A DNA stretch of 64,000 bases from Pyrinomonadaceae bacterium (GTDB lineage: Bacteria > Acidobacteriota > Blastocatellia > Pyrinomonadales > Pyrinomonadaceae): positions 7,893 through 71,892 of the forward strand of contig JBOGOP010000003.1 in NCBI GenBank assembly GCA_050747225.1, read 5' to 3'. Below are positions 13,241-22,695 of this stretch, in pieces (positions within the stretch are counted from its first letter, which is position 1; every line of letters begins with the position of its first letter). The notes below the pieces were generated by a model. That model searched no databases. It was not told the origin of the DNA and worked only from the letters and a program-made list of their open reading frames with translations. The translations under genes and the position numbers were made by a program.

Positions 13241-14920
13241 TCATTCGTTCCCCGGGTCATTGACCGCTTCGAGTATTTCCAGTTCTCGCCGCTGCAGCGA
13301 GTGACCCTGAGAACTAATCAGCAGCATATAAAACCCAAGCGAAAACACAGCCAGAACGGTGAGTGTAACATACTCAACCAGCAAACTCTGCGCGATATAG
13401 CCGGCCGCCGTCGCTGCTAGCGGCGGTAGAGTCAGCACGAAGATCATCGGTATCATCAGCAGCCCGGCGACGCCGGAAGCGTTAAGCCGCTTGCCAAATC
13501 TCATACGCCTCGGAAAGCGAATCGAAAGAGAGTTGCCCACTACTGAAATGAGCAGCGCAAAGATAGAAAAGCTGAGGACGGTGAAAAGAAAGGCGTTAAT
13601 GGTCAGGTCGCGAAACACCAGCTCATTTACGAATAGCAAGCCGGCAGAAAAGACGAGCGCCAGAGTTGACATAGCGATGTTCTTTCCCAGCAGAACAATT
13701 TTGCGATCAACTGGTGAAAGGACCAGCGTGCGCATTCCGGCGTGTTCAAGAGCGAACTGATTACAGTATAGGCCGGAGAGGATTAGGAACACATAAAGAA
13801 CGCCAACGGTCGCCATCAGCCCTTCACCATATTTGAAGAATTCGGTCCCGAAAGCGCTGCTTCCCGATTGACCAAAGCGTCGCCTGTTCATAAACCTCAC
13901 CACCAGCAGGATCAGTGGCGCGAGGATCAACGTTCGCACCTGCGCATTGCGGATCAGATAGCGCAACTCTTTCTCAACGACGGCCGAGAGAGCCGGCGGC
14001 ATTAGTGGGATTTCCCAACCCGTGTAATCTACGGCAACGGGTTTTTCCAACTTCGGCGGCGTGCGTCGGCGTTTGCCGCCACCAAGGATGGCGCGGCGAG
14101 ACAACCAATAAGCAATCGCGATCAGGACTACTGTGTAGGCAATGATTGCCAACAACGCAACCGCATAACCAACGGTGTTGCCGGCCCGCAATCCGTGAGT
14201 TAGCGCGTAAGCTATCGCGCCCGGTGGCGTCCAGCGCAGAAAGGAAATCGATTCCGCATGACGGAAAAGTACCGGAGCGATTTGGCCAAACAGAGCGCCA
14301 CCCAGACCCGCTATCACGCCAATTAAAGCGAGTAGAGTCTCGCCACGGGTGCGCTTCTTGCGAATTAATGAGCCAACCGAGATCGAGATCCATTTGGACA
14401 GTGCGACTCCGAACACGGCCGCAAGCAGCGCGACCAGAACCCCGCCGAAGAGGTTTCCCTGGGCCAGCCCAGCGCCAATTCCAAGCGCCAGAATCGCCGG
14501 TATGGCAAATACGGATTGGAGGCTGGCGACCTCGCTGATGAAGTCTAAGGCGAAGAGCTTACCCAAACTGACTGGGTAAAGAAGAAGATTTCCGGGATCA
14601 AATTGACGGCTGCTGCCAATGCTGAGTGGCAGCGTCGACCACAGCAGGTAACAGAGCGCCAGGATCGAAAAGAAGATAAACTCCGCCGGCGGAAGTGTCG
14701 GAGCGCCACCTCGCTGCGTCTGAATTCCAGCTATGCCCATGTCAGGTGAAGTCAGTACATAAGCAGCAACGCCGAGACCGAGGGCAACCAACAGCGCGAG
14801 CGCCAGCGCAGCAAGCATCCCCAGCACATTCGCGATGCGGTTAACGACAGCTTTGGACGAGCGGAACGAATTGCGGAACAGCAACCACTTCAGCCAGATT
14901 AGGGTCAGGAGTTGGGACAT
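13241..14920 (-). CDS. Polytopic membrane protein, putative ABC-exporter-like permease (no adjacent ATPase)
   Basis: 559 aa with at least 10 hydrophobic segments. No recognisable soluble domain. Confidence 0.55.
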   Translation of the reverse strand: MSQLLTLIWLKWLLFRNSFRSSKAVVNRIANVLGMLAALALALLVALGLGVAAYVLTSPDMGIAGIQTQRGGAPTLPPAEFIFFSILALCYLLWSTLPLSIGSSRQFDPGNLLLYPVSLGKLFALDFISEVASLQSVFAIPAILALGIGAGLAQGNLFGGVLVALLAAVFGVALSKWISISVGSLIRKKRTRGETLLALIGVIAGLGGALFGQIAPVLFRHAESISFLRWTPPGAIAYALTHGLRAGNTVGYAVALLAIIAYTVVLIAIAYWLSRRAILGGGKRRRTPPKLEKPVAVDYTGWEIPLMPPALSAVVEKELRYLIRNAQVRTLILAPLILLVVRFMNRRRFGQSGSSAFGTEFFKYGEGLMATVGVLYVFLILSGLYCNQFALEHAGMRTLVLSPVDRKIVLLGKNIAMSTLALVFSAGLLFVNELVFRDLTINAFLFTVLSFSIFALLISVVGNSLSIRFPRRMRFGKRLNASGVAGLLMIPMIFVLTLPPLAATAAGYIAQSLLVEYVTLTVLAVFSLGFYMLLISSQGHSLQRRELEILEAVNDPGNE

Positions 14921-14925
14921 GTTGG

Positions 14926-15099
14926 AGTAGTAGTCAGTAGTCAGTAGTCAGTAGTCAGTAGTCAGTAGTCAGTAGTCAGTTAATACGCGGTGTCTCTACG
15001 ATCTGTTCTAGATTCGTTCTGCGCACTCTATTCATTCTATACTCAACTGGCGCTGGCCGATGACTACTGTCTACTGACTCCTGTCTACTGTCTACTGTC
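14926..15099. repeat. Heptamer-periodic inverted repeat, unit TAGTCAG (x7)
   Basis: Left arm 14926-14982 and imperfect right arm 15061-15099. It lies in a divergent promoter region. Confidence 0.85.
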
Positions 15100-15108
15100 T
15101 TTGCACCT

Positions 15109-15615
15109 ATGCCTACGCACAGCCCAATTACCGCGTACGTCAGCCTCGGCTCCAACCTCGGCGACCGCGCGGGAAACCTGCTGCTGGGAATTCGTGGAAT
15201 GCTCGACGCGGGACTCGAGGTGACCCGACTTTCGCAAATCTATGAAACCGAGCCGGTGGAAACTTTCGCGCAACCACTCTTTCTAAACATGGTCGCGGAG
15301 TTCAGCGTAGACGCACCTCTAGACCCTGAGGAGGTAATGGCTCGACTAATGCGAGTGGAACAATCGTTAGGGCGCACGCGCGACTTAGTGAAGGGCCCAC
15401 GCGTTATAGATCTCGACCTTCTGCTCTATGGCAATCAGGTCAGGGAAAGCCAGGTTCTCACGCTGCCCCATCCGCGACTTCATAACCGGCGCTTTGTACT
15501 GGTGCCATTGGCCGAGCTTTCCCCTTACCTTGAGCATCCGACACTCCACCGAACCATAACCGAGTTGCTCCAGGAAACGACGGATCGATCCGAGGTGAAG
15601 CACTGGATACCGTGA
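15109..15615 (+). CDS. folK: 2-amino-4-hydroxy-6-hydroxymethyldihydropteridine diphosphokinase
   Basis: Motifs AYVSLGSNLGDR, IYETEPV, FLN, DLDLL and PHPR. Confidence 0.85.
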   Translation: MPTHSPITAYVSLGSNLGDRAGNLLLGIRGMLDAGLEVTRLSQIYETEPVETFAQPLFLNMVAEFSVDAPLDPEEVMARLMRVEQSLGRTRDLVKGPRVIDLDLLLYGNQVRESQVLTLPHPRLHNRRFVLVPLAELSPYLEHPTLHRTITELLQETTDRSEVKHWIP

Positions 15616-15635
15616 GTGTCTGGCAGTTTAGCTGG

Positions 15636-15664
15636 TTGCTACACTGGACGCACAGCCCTATAAT
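15636..15664 (+). promoter_or_regulatory. Candidate sigma-70 promoter for panB
   Basis: TTGCTA (15636-15641), a 17-nt spacer, then TATAAT (15659-15664). It lies about 95 nt upstream of the panB ATG. Confidence 0.5.
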
Positions 15665-15757
15665 GAGCCCCTTGCAAACACCCTTGGACATCAGAAAACT
15701 TCCCTGAGCAAAACCGTTCAATCCGGCCCATAAACGGCCGTGTAAGAGGGCTAAGCT

Positions 15758-16621
15758 ATGCCTTATCTCAAACCTGAACGTCCTGAAAAAGTTAATGCGC
15801 CATCGCTAAAAGCCAGCAAACAGCGCGGTGAGCGATTGGTTTGCCTGACCGCATACGACTTCCCCACAGCCCGAATTGTTGACGAGGCGGGCATCGACAT
15901 CATCCTCGTGGGCGACAGCCTCGGCAATGTGGTGTTGGGCTACGGCAATACGGTGCCGGTGACGCTCGATGAGATTCTGATTCACTTGAAGGCCGTGCGC
16001 CGGGCAGTGCAGCGCGCCTTGCTGGTCGCCGATATGCCTTATGGTTCGTTTCATACTGGCGCGGACGACGCGGTGAGGAATGCGCTGCGGCTGGTAAAAG
16101 AGGGCGGCGCCGAAGCCATCAAACTCGAAGGCGGACATAAACGCGTGCAACTGGTAAAGCGTCTTGTGGACGAGGAAATCGCGGTGATGGGCCACATTGG
16201 TTTGACGCCGCAGTCAATCAACAAACTCGGTGCGTACCGCGTTCAGGGCAAGACAGCGGTTACTGCGCGCCAGCTACTTGACGACGCGCGCGCCCTGGAA
16301 GACGCCGGCGCGTTCGCCATCGTTCTTGAAGTTGTGCCCCGCGAAATCGCCAGCTTAATTACCGAGAGCATCAGCATACCGACTATTGGAATTGGCGCGG
16401 GTGCCGGCTGCGACATTCAGGTGCTGGTGCTTCACGACATGCTGGGTTTGGCGTTTGGGAAATTGGCGCGTTTCGTGCGGCCCTACGCAAACCTCAATGA
16501 AGTAATCACCGAAGCGGTCACGCGCTATGCCGACGATGTGCGCAACGGAACATATCCTTCGAACGATGAATCCTACGCTCTGCCGGCGGAGGCGGCGGAA
16601 GAGCTCAAACTGAAAAAGTAA
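15758..16621 (+). CDS. panB: 3-methyl-2-oxobutanoate hydroxymethyltransferase
   Basis: Motifs LTAYDFP, ILVGDSLGNVVLGY, IKLEGG and GHIGLTPQS. Confidence 0.93.
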   Translation: MPYLKPERPEKVNAPSLKASKQRGERLVCLTAYDFPTARIVDEAGIDIILVGDSLGNVVLGYGNTVPVTLDEILIHLKAVRRAVQRALLVADMPYGSFHTGADDAVRNALRLVKEGGAEAIKLEGGHKRVQLVKRLVDEEIAVMGHIGLTPQSINKLGAYRVQGKTAVTARQLLDDARALEDAGAFAIVLEVVPREIASLITESISIPTIGIGAGAGCDIQVLVLHDMLGLAFGKLARFVRPYANLNEVITEAVTRYADDVRNGTYPSNDESYALPAEAAEELKLKK

Positions 16622-16627
16622 ATAGTG

Positions 16628-16754
16628 GATCGTAAATCGTAAATAGAAAGCACCGAAAAGCGAAGAGCGCAGGCACCTTCTATTTACGATTTACTACCCC
16701 GTTTATTATGCGCTTCGCTTTTTCTATTCACGATTTACTATTCACTATTCACTG
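16628..16754. repeat. Heptamer (CGTAAAT) arms interleaved with a second complementary pair (A-B-A'-B') plus a solo arm
   Basis: Within arm A (16628-16648), 16632-16648 pairs perfectly with A' (16678-16694) over 17 bp. B (16655-16671) pairs imperfectly with B' (16709-16724). An extra ATTCACG/ATTTACT/ATTCACT arm spans 16725-16754. Confidence 0.8.
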
Positions 16755-16759
16755 ATCTT

Positions 16760-17641
16760 ATGGAAATCATTAACCGCCGTCAGCGCATGAGTTCAGTCGC
16801 GCGCAAAATCCGCCGCGTGCAGGATAGAACGATCGGGCTGGTGCCAACGATGGGCGCGCTGCACGAAGGCCATCTTAGTCTGGTGCGCGAAGCGCGCCGA
16901 ATGTGTGACATCGTGGTGGTCTCGGTTTTTGTAAACCCGACGCAGTTTGGGCCAAGCGAAGATTACGAAGACTACCCACGAGATCTAACCAAAGACACGG
17001 CGCTGCTGACTGACTACAACGTTGACTATATTTTTGCGCCAGCCGCGGAAGAAATTTATCCGAAGGATTTTTCCACCTATGTAAATGTCGGCGGACTTTC
17101 AAAATTGCTGGAAGGTGAAAGCCGGCCGGGGCATTTTCGTGGCGTCGCTACCGTAGTCGCAGTTCTTCTCAACACCGTTCGCCCCGACTTCACCTTTTTT
17201 GGTCAGAAGGATGCGCAACAGGCCGTCATTATCAAGCGGATGGTTCGCGACCTGGCCTTCGACACCGAGATTGTTGTCTCACCAACCGTACGCGAGGATT
17301 CCGGGCTCGCGATTTCGTCGCGCAATCTTTACCTCGACGCAGAGGAGCAACAATCTGCGGCCGTCATACATCGGGCGTTGAAGCAGGCAAAAGAGACTTA
17401 CAGGAAGGGTGAACGGCACGCAGCCAAATTAGCGGAGATCGTGCGTACGACAATTGAAACTGAGCCTCGCGTACGCGTCGATTACGTGAGTGTGATCGAT
17501 GCAGAAACGCTTGAGAAGCTCGACAAACTCGATGAGCGGCCGATACTGATTGCAGTCGCCGCTTACGTGGGCAAGACGCGCCTGATCGATAACACGATAC
17601 TCAATAGAACGAAGAAGGATGCGGCTACAACAATGGGCTAG
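16760..17641 (+). CDS. panC: Pantoate--beta-alanine ligase
   Basis: Motifs VPTMGALHEGHLSL, FVNPTQF, GHFRGVATVV, FGQKDAQQ and SSRN. Confidence 0.93.
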   Translation: MEIINRRQRMSSVARKIRRVQDRTIGLVPTMGALHEGHLSLVREARRMCDIVVVSVFVNPTQFGPSEDYEDYPRDLTKDTALLTDYNVDYIFAPAAEEIYPKDFSTYVNVGGLSKLLEGESRPGHFRGVATVVAVLLNTVRPDFTFFGQKDAQQAVIIKRMVRDLAFDTEIVVSPTVREDSGLAISSRNLYLDAEEQQSAAVIHRALKQAKETYRKGERHAAKLAEIVRTTIETEPRVRVDYVSVIDAETLEKLDKLDERPILIAVAAYVGKTRLIDNTILNRTKKDAATTMG

Positions 17642-17697
17642 CGTTCGCACACCTGCGGTTTCCTCCCTGCTTTTGCTAAACTCCTTCCGTTAAAGTT

Positions 17698-18225
17698 ATG
17701 TCGGATCCAAACAAGCAGAAGAGTCACATTCAGTTTACGCTGAATGGCGAAGCGGCGGAGGTGGCGTTCGCGCCGCACAAGACGCTGCTCGAAGTTCTGC
17801 GCGAAGATCTGGGTCTGATGGGAACCAAGCACGGTTGTGAGCTGGGAGAGTGTGGCACCTGCGCAGTACTGGTGAACGGACGCTCGATCCTTTCGTGTTT
17901 GATGTTGGGTCTGGATGCTGAAGGGCAGCAAGTAAAAACGATCGAAGGAATGGCTGAGGGCACGGAGCTTCATCCATTGCAGACAACGTTTGCAGATCTT
18001 GGCGCGGCGCAATGCGGTTATTGTTCGCCCGGCTTCTTGCTGGTCGCCGAAGAATTGCTGAAAAAGAATCCGAATCCCTCGCGCGAAGCAATCAAAGAAG
18101 CGTTGTCAGGCAATCTCTGCCGTTGCACTGGCTACATAAAAATCTACGAAGCCGTGGAGTTGGCCGCAGCGCGTATGCGTGGTGAAGAGATGGAGCTGCC
18201 GCGCGAATCTGTTTACGGTTTGTGA
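17698..18225 (+). CDS. [2Fe-2S]x2 small subunit of a xanthine-dehydrogenase-family molybdoenzyme (HcrC/CoxS-like)
   Basis: CELGECGTCAV motif and CGYCSPG...CRCTGY motif. Confidence 0.88.
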   Translation: MSDPNKQKSHIQFTLNGEAAEVAFAPHKTLLEVLREDLGLMGTKHGCELGECGTCAVLVNGRSILSCLMLGLDAEGQQVKTIEGMAEGTELHPLQTTFADLGAAQCGYCSPGFLLVAEELLKKNPNPSREAIKEALSGNLCRCTGYIKIYEAVELAAARMRGEEMELPRESVYGL

Positions 18226-18382
18226 AGCTGGTAGTTTTAGGAAATCTCTCAAGGTCGAGAAGCTCTGGGTCGGGAAGGTGGGCTTGCCCCCGCGCTTGAT
18301 TCTGATTGCCAAAGGCAAGCGGGGGTAAACCACCCTGCCCAACCTGAGAGACAAGCAACTTGAGAGACTGACCGAAAGTTGA

Positions 18383-20839
18383 ATGGCTAATAACGGCTCA
18401 AAAAATGGGAAGCCGCTGAGCGTAGTCGGCAAGCCTTTTCGCAAGGTCGACGCACGCGCGAAGTGCACCGGCCAGACGAAGTTTGCCGACGACATCGTGC
18501 TGCCACGGATGTTGTTCTGTAAAATTCTCCGCACACATCTCCCGCATGCGCTGATCAAGAATATCGACACCTCGAAAGCCGCTGCCTTGCCCGGAGTTTT
18601 TGCAATTATCACCGGTACAGACCTGCCGATTTCTTACGGCATTCTTCCTGTCAGCCAGGATGAGCATGCGCTATGCATCGATAAGGTGCGCTTCATCGGC
18701 GATCCGGTTGCGGCCGTCGCTGCGGTTGACGAAGATGTCGCCTTCGATGCAATGAACCTCATCGAAGTGGAATATGAACCACTGAACACCATCTCCTCGA
18801 TTGAAGAAGCAATTTTGATCGACGAACCGCGGATTCATGAGTATGGCGACGAAGGGAACATTCACAAGAAAGTGTCACTGGAGTTCGGCAACGTCGAGGA
18901 TGGCTTCGCCGAAGCGGATCTAATTCGCGAGGACACTTTCTTCTACGAAGGCAACACCCACCTGCCGCTGGAACAACACGCCGCTGTCGGCAATTTCGAT
19001 CCTGACAACAAGCTGACGCTCTGGAGTTCGACCCAAACGCCCCACTACGTTCATCGCGCGCTGGCAAAGGTTCTGGAGTTACCTGCCAGCCATATTCGCG
19101 TTATCGCCACGCCAAACGGCGGCGGCTTTGGCGGCAAGAGCGACCCTTTCAATCACGAAGTTGTCGTCTGCAAACTATCGATGATGACGGGACGGCCAGT
19201 GAAGGTAACGCTCACGCGCGAAGAAGTTTTTTATTGTCATCGCGGCCGGCATCCGGTGTTAATGCACATCAAGACCGGCGTGAAAAAAGATGGCGCCATT
19301 ACCGGAATGCATTTCCAGTCGTTCCTCGACGGCGGCGCGTATGGCAGCTATGGCGTGGCCAGCACGTTCTACACGGGCGCTTTGCAAACGGTGACCTACG
19401 ACGTGCCGCGCTACAAGTTTCAGGGACTGCGCGCGTTTACAAACAAACCTCCCTGCGGGCCCAAGCGCGGGCATGGAACGCCGCAGCCGCGTTTTGGTTT
19501 GGAAGTTCAACTCGACAAGATCGCCGAGCAACTGAAACTGGATCCGGCCGCGATGCGTCGAAAGAATTTAGTCGAACCCGGTACCGTCACTGCAAACTAC
19601 CTGCGCATCGGCAGTATGGGGCTCGGTCAATGCATCGATAAGATTGTTGACGGCTCTGACTGGAAAAATAAATTCTCTGGTTGGAACCAGAACAATCGCA
19701 AGCTGCCATACGGCAAAGGCATCGGTATCGCGTGTAGCTCGTACATCTGCGGTGCGGGTTTGCCGATCTACTGGAACAACATGCCACAGTCAGGTGTGCA
19801 GCTTCGATTGGATCGACAGGGCGGCGTCTGCGTGATGTGCGGCTCGACAGATATCGGCCAGGGCTCCGATTCGATTCTCGCTTACATCGTCGCCGAAGTG
19901 CTCGGCATCGATCCTTTCGACATTCGCGTGATCACAGCCGACACGGATCTTACGCCGGTGGATCTAGGTAGTTACTCGAGTCGCGTCACCTTGATGACCG
20001 GCAACGCGGCAATTCAGGCCGCCGAACGCGCGCGGGAGTTGTTAGTGATGGCTGTTGCGGAAAAGCTGGGCGTGCCGATTGAGAATCTTTCGTTAGCTGA
20101 ACGTCGCGTCTTCGATGTCGAGAACCCGGAAGTTGCTGTCTCATTCGCCGAAGCCGTCGTGCTGGCAGAATCAAAGTTTGGAACCATCGGCACGGTCGGC
20201 TCTTATTCGCCTCCACGTTCGCCCGGCAAATATAAAGGCGCCGGCGTTGGCCCTTCGCCTGCCTACAGCTATTCCGCCGCGATTGCTGAAGTTGACGTAG
20301 ATCCCTCGACGGGTATTGTGATTGTCGAGCGCGTTTGGATTGCGCACGACATTGGTAAATCAATCAATCCGATGCTGGTGATGGGACAGGTTGAAGGCAG
20401 CGTCTACATGGGGCTTGGTGAAGCGCTGATGGAAGAGATGACTTACCGCGCCAACCGGAATGTCGTGCACAAGTTTCCTTCGCTGCTGGAATACAAGAGC
20501 CCGACGACGATGGAGATGTGCGACGTTAAGACTTACCTGATCGAGGATCCGGACCCGAATGGACCCTACGGCGCGAAGGAAGTTGGCCAGGGACCGCTGT
20601 TGCCAGTGCCGCCTGCCGTCGCGAACGCAGTCTACGATGCGGTAGGCGTGCGCATTGATGAAGTGCCGATTACGCCGGAGAAAGTTTTGAAAGCGCTGCG
20701 CGATAAAGCCAAGGGCGGCGCTGGGCGATTTGGTCCGGGCGCGGTTCCTTCTGTGGAATGGCCCGAACCGCTACGCGTGTTGACGCCGGCCGAAGGCGGC
20801 GACGGCCGGGAGATGCCGCGTGTGGCCGTGCATTCGTAA
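18383..20839 (+). CDS. Molybdopterin-binding large subunit (HcrA/CoxL-like)
   Basis: 818 aa. Aldehyde-oxidase/xanthine-dehydrogenase a/b hammerhead and MoCo-binding blocks (GGGFGGK, AHDIGKSINP, GAKEVGQGP). Confidence 0.88.
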   Translation: MANNGSKNGKPLSVVGKPFRKVDARAKCTGQTKFADDIVLPRMLFCKILRTHLPHALIKNIDTSKAAALPGVFAIITGTDLPISYGILPVSQDEHALCIDKVRFIGDPVAAVAAVDEDVAFDAMNLIEVEYEPLNTISSIEEAILIDEPRIHEYGDEGNIHKKVSLEFGNVEDGFAEADLIREDTFFYEGNTHLPLEQHAAVGNFDPDNKLTLWSSTQTPHYVHRALAKVLELPASHIRVIATPNGGGFGGKSDPFNHEVVVCKLSMMTGRPVKVTLTREEVFYCHRGRHPVLMHIKTGVKKDGAITGMHFQSFLDGGAYGSYGVASTFYTGALQTVTYDVPRYKFQGLRAFTNKPPCGPKRGHGTPQPRFGLEVQLDKIAEQLKLDPAAMRRKNLVEPGTVTANYLRIGSMGLGQCIDKIVDGSDWKNKFSGWNQNNRKLPYGKGIGIACSSYICGAGLPIYWNNMPQSGVQLRLDRQGGVCVMCGSTDIGQGSDSILAYIVAEVLGIDPFDIRVITADTDLTPVDLGSYSSRVTLMTGNAAIQAAERARELLVMAVAEKLGVPIENLSLAERRVFDVENPEVAVSFAEAVVLAESKFGTIGTVGSYSPPRSPGKYKGAGVGPSPAYSYSAAIAEVDVDPSTGIVIVERVWIAHDIGKSINPMLVMGQVEGSVYMGLGEALMEEMTYRANRNVVHKFPSLLEYKSPTTMEMCDVKTYLIEDPDPNGPYGAKEVGQGPLLPVPPAVANAVYDAVGVRIDEVPITPEKVLKALRDKAKGGAGRFGPGAVPSVEWPEPLRVLTPAEGGDGREMPRVAVHS

Positions 20840-20840
20840 G
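20810..20840. repeat. Direct repeat A (3' end of the large-subunit gene)
   Basis: GAGATGCCGCGTGTGGCCGTGCATTCGTAAG matches 22363-22392 with one internal mismatch and a different stop codon. Confidence 0.9.
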
Positions 20841-20968
20841 TTTGAAAGAAGGCTTGTATGGAAAAGAGAACGCGATCGGAAGCCTCGACATTGCGCTCTG
20901 CGGGCCATGTCCGCACAATTCGGACTATTAGAGAAATTGTGAAGCATGCTAGCGAGGTGGCTGCTCTC

Positions 20969-21418
20969 ATGGGTGAAGTCAGAGTACAAGTGAGGCTAGC
21001 CAACGGCGTTGACGAAGCATTGGTTCGGCGAGGACTGCTTGCGTCGGATCAGGTTCGTTATTACGAGACAACCGCGCTAGTTGATACGGGGGCGATTCGC
21101 TCCGTGCTGCCGGTTCAGGTGCTTCAGCATTTAGGATTGGGAGTTGTGAGAACGGCACGTGCCGTTTACGCGAATGACTCGCGCGAAGAAGTTGACGTTT
21201 CGGAAATGGTCGGTATAGACATTATGGGACGTCGTACCACGGAAGAGATGCTGGTGCTCGGCTCGGAAGTTTTGATCGGGCAAACGGTGCTTGAGACGCT
21301 CGATCTGCTGGTCGACTGCACCAATCTTCGCCTGGTACCAAACCCGGATCATCCCGATCAGCCACTGATAAAAGTTAAGCTGTTCCCCAGGCCCAAAGTG
21401 GCGACGACCGCGAGTTGA
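20969..21418 (+). CDS. Retropepsin-like (clan AA) aspartic protease
   Basis: ORF 20858..21418 trimmed to the ATG at 20969, which has GAGGTGG 8 nt upstream. It carries ALVDTGA (the DTG active-site motif) and a downstream LIGQTVLE. Confidence 0.6.
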   Translation: MGEVRVQVRLANGVDEALVRRGLLASDQVRYYETTALVDTGAIRSVLPVQVLQHLGLGVVRTARAVYANDSREEVDVSEMVGIDIMGRRTTEEMLVLGSEVLIGQTVLETLDLLVDCTNLRLVPNPDHPDQPLIKVKLFPRPKVATTAS

Positions 21419-21440
21419 GGTGCGCTCATGAGGCGAGCCG

Positions 21441-21704
21441 ATGGGTAAAGATGAGAAACTGCTGTCGGATCTTTTGCGCGGTAGATCGGATGCAAATATC
21501 GAGTTTGAAGACTTGTGCCAACTGCTCCGCAGTCTTGGCTTCGATGAGCGGATAAGCGGAAGCCATCACATCTTTCGCAGAACAGGGATTGAAGCAAGGA
21601 TTAACCTGCAGCGAGACAAAAGGAAGGCCAAGGTCTACCAGGTTCGGCAAGTGCGAGCCGTCATTGTTAAGCACGGACTAGCAGGAGAGAGTGACGATGC
21701 ATAA
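21441..21704 (+). CDS. hicA: HicA-family mRNA-interferase toxin
   Basis: About 87 aa. The pattern LLRSLGFDERISGSHHIFRR...VYQVRQVRAVIVKHGL is HicA/YcfA-like. Confidence 0.7.
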   Translation: MGKDEKLLSDLLRGRSDANIEFEDLCQLLRSLGFDERISGSHHIFRRTGIEARINLQRDKRKAKVYQVRQVRAVIVKHGLAGESDDA

Positions 21705-21909
21705 GTACGAAGTGATCATTTACTGGAGTAATGAAGATCAGGTTTTCGTCGCGGAAGTTCCCGAGCTCCCAGGTTGCATGGCGCACGGCGATACCAAGGC
21801 CGAAGCGCTGGCAAACGCCGATGAGGCGATTCAACTGTGGATCGACACCGCTCAAGAATTCGGCGATCCGATTCCTGAGCCAAAGGGTCAGCGACTGATG
21901 TTGGCCTAG
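21697..21909 (+). CDS. hicB: HicB-family antitoxin (short form)
   Basis: YEVIIYWSNEDQVFVAEVPELPGCMAHGDTKAEALANADEAIQLWI. The start overlaps the hicA stop, with AGGAGAGA upstream. Confidence 0.7.
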   Translation: MHKYEVIIYWSNEDQVFVAEVPELPGCMAHGDTKAEALANADEAIQLWIDTAQEFGDPIPEPKGQRLMLA

Positions 21910-21956
21910 CAGTCAATGAGCGAGGGTCGTGGCGGGAAAGTAGCTGTGCATTCGTT

Positions 21957-22292
21957 ATGAGCGTCTGGTATGCCTTCAAGTCTGGTGAATCGATTGGGCA
22001 GACAGGCTCCGAGAAGGGAAAGATTTTGCGTGACGACGAGCACAGGGACGGCGCTCGCGTTACCTTAGAGCGCGTCAGACACAATCGCTTCACGATCACA
22101 TGCGGGATTTATGGCTGGATGGTTCATACTCGATTCTTCAATTCTGAAGCCGCTGCGCAAATTGGATTCGATGAGACGAAAGATGAATTAAGCAAGATTC
22201 TCGGCTTGATACCGCTTGAAAGCGAAGCCGATGATGACAGACTAGAAGTTGCCAAGGTTGCGATCTCTGATTTCGTTGAACGAGGTGAATAG
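21957..22292 (+). CDS. Hypothetical protein (111 aa)
   Basis: Open frame with normal amino-acid composition. No motif recognised. Confidence 0.4.
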   Translation: MSVWYAFKSGESIGQTGSEKGKILRDDEHRDGARVTLERVRHNRFTITCGIYGWMVHTRFFNSEAAAQIGFDETKDELSKILGLIPLESEADDDRLEVAKVAISDFVERGE

Positions 22293-22362
22293 TTTGTGTC
22301 TTTGGATAAGATGAAGAGTAGGAAAGTGAAAACTGAGGCTGACGACGATCTTCAATGGCTAC

Positions 22363-22392
22363 GAGATGCCGCGCGTGGCCGTGCATTCGTGA
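22363..22392. repeat. Direct repeat B (orphan copy of the large-subunit 3' end)
   Basis: GAGATGCCGCGCGTGGCCGTGCATTCGTGA still encodes EMPRVAVHS-stop. An in-frame stop lies about 12 codons upstream, so it is not part of a gene. Confidence 0.9.
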
Positions 22393-22410
22393 TAAGGACT
22401 CAGCGTACGC

Positions 22411-22695
22411 ATGCAATTTGAATGGGATCCGAAAAAAGCAAAGAGCAATCTTCGCAAGCACCGTGTTTCATTCAGCGAGGCCATTATGGTTTTCAGTGAT
22501 GTTTTCTCATTCACTTACGATGATGCGGCAAACTCGCATGGCGAGCAAAGATACGTTACGCTTGGGATGTCCGCTCAAAGCCGCCGGGGTGTACTCGTAG
22601 TAGCGCATACCATGCAAGGCGAAAAAGTCAGGCTAATAAGCGCGCGAAAGGCTACACCGCGCGAAAGAAGAGCATATGAAGAAGAAAACAAATAG
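22411..22695 (+). CDS. brnT: BrnT-family (DUF497) toxin
   Basis: MQFEWDPKKAKSNLRKHRVSFSEA...VLVVAHT...RLISARKATPRERRAYEE. Confidence 0.85.
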   Translation: MQFEWDPKKAKSNLRKHRVSFSEAIMVFSDVFSFTYDDAANSHGEQRYVTLGMSAQSRRGVLVVAHTMQGEKVRLISARKATPRERRAYEEENK

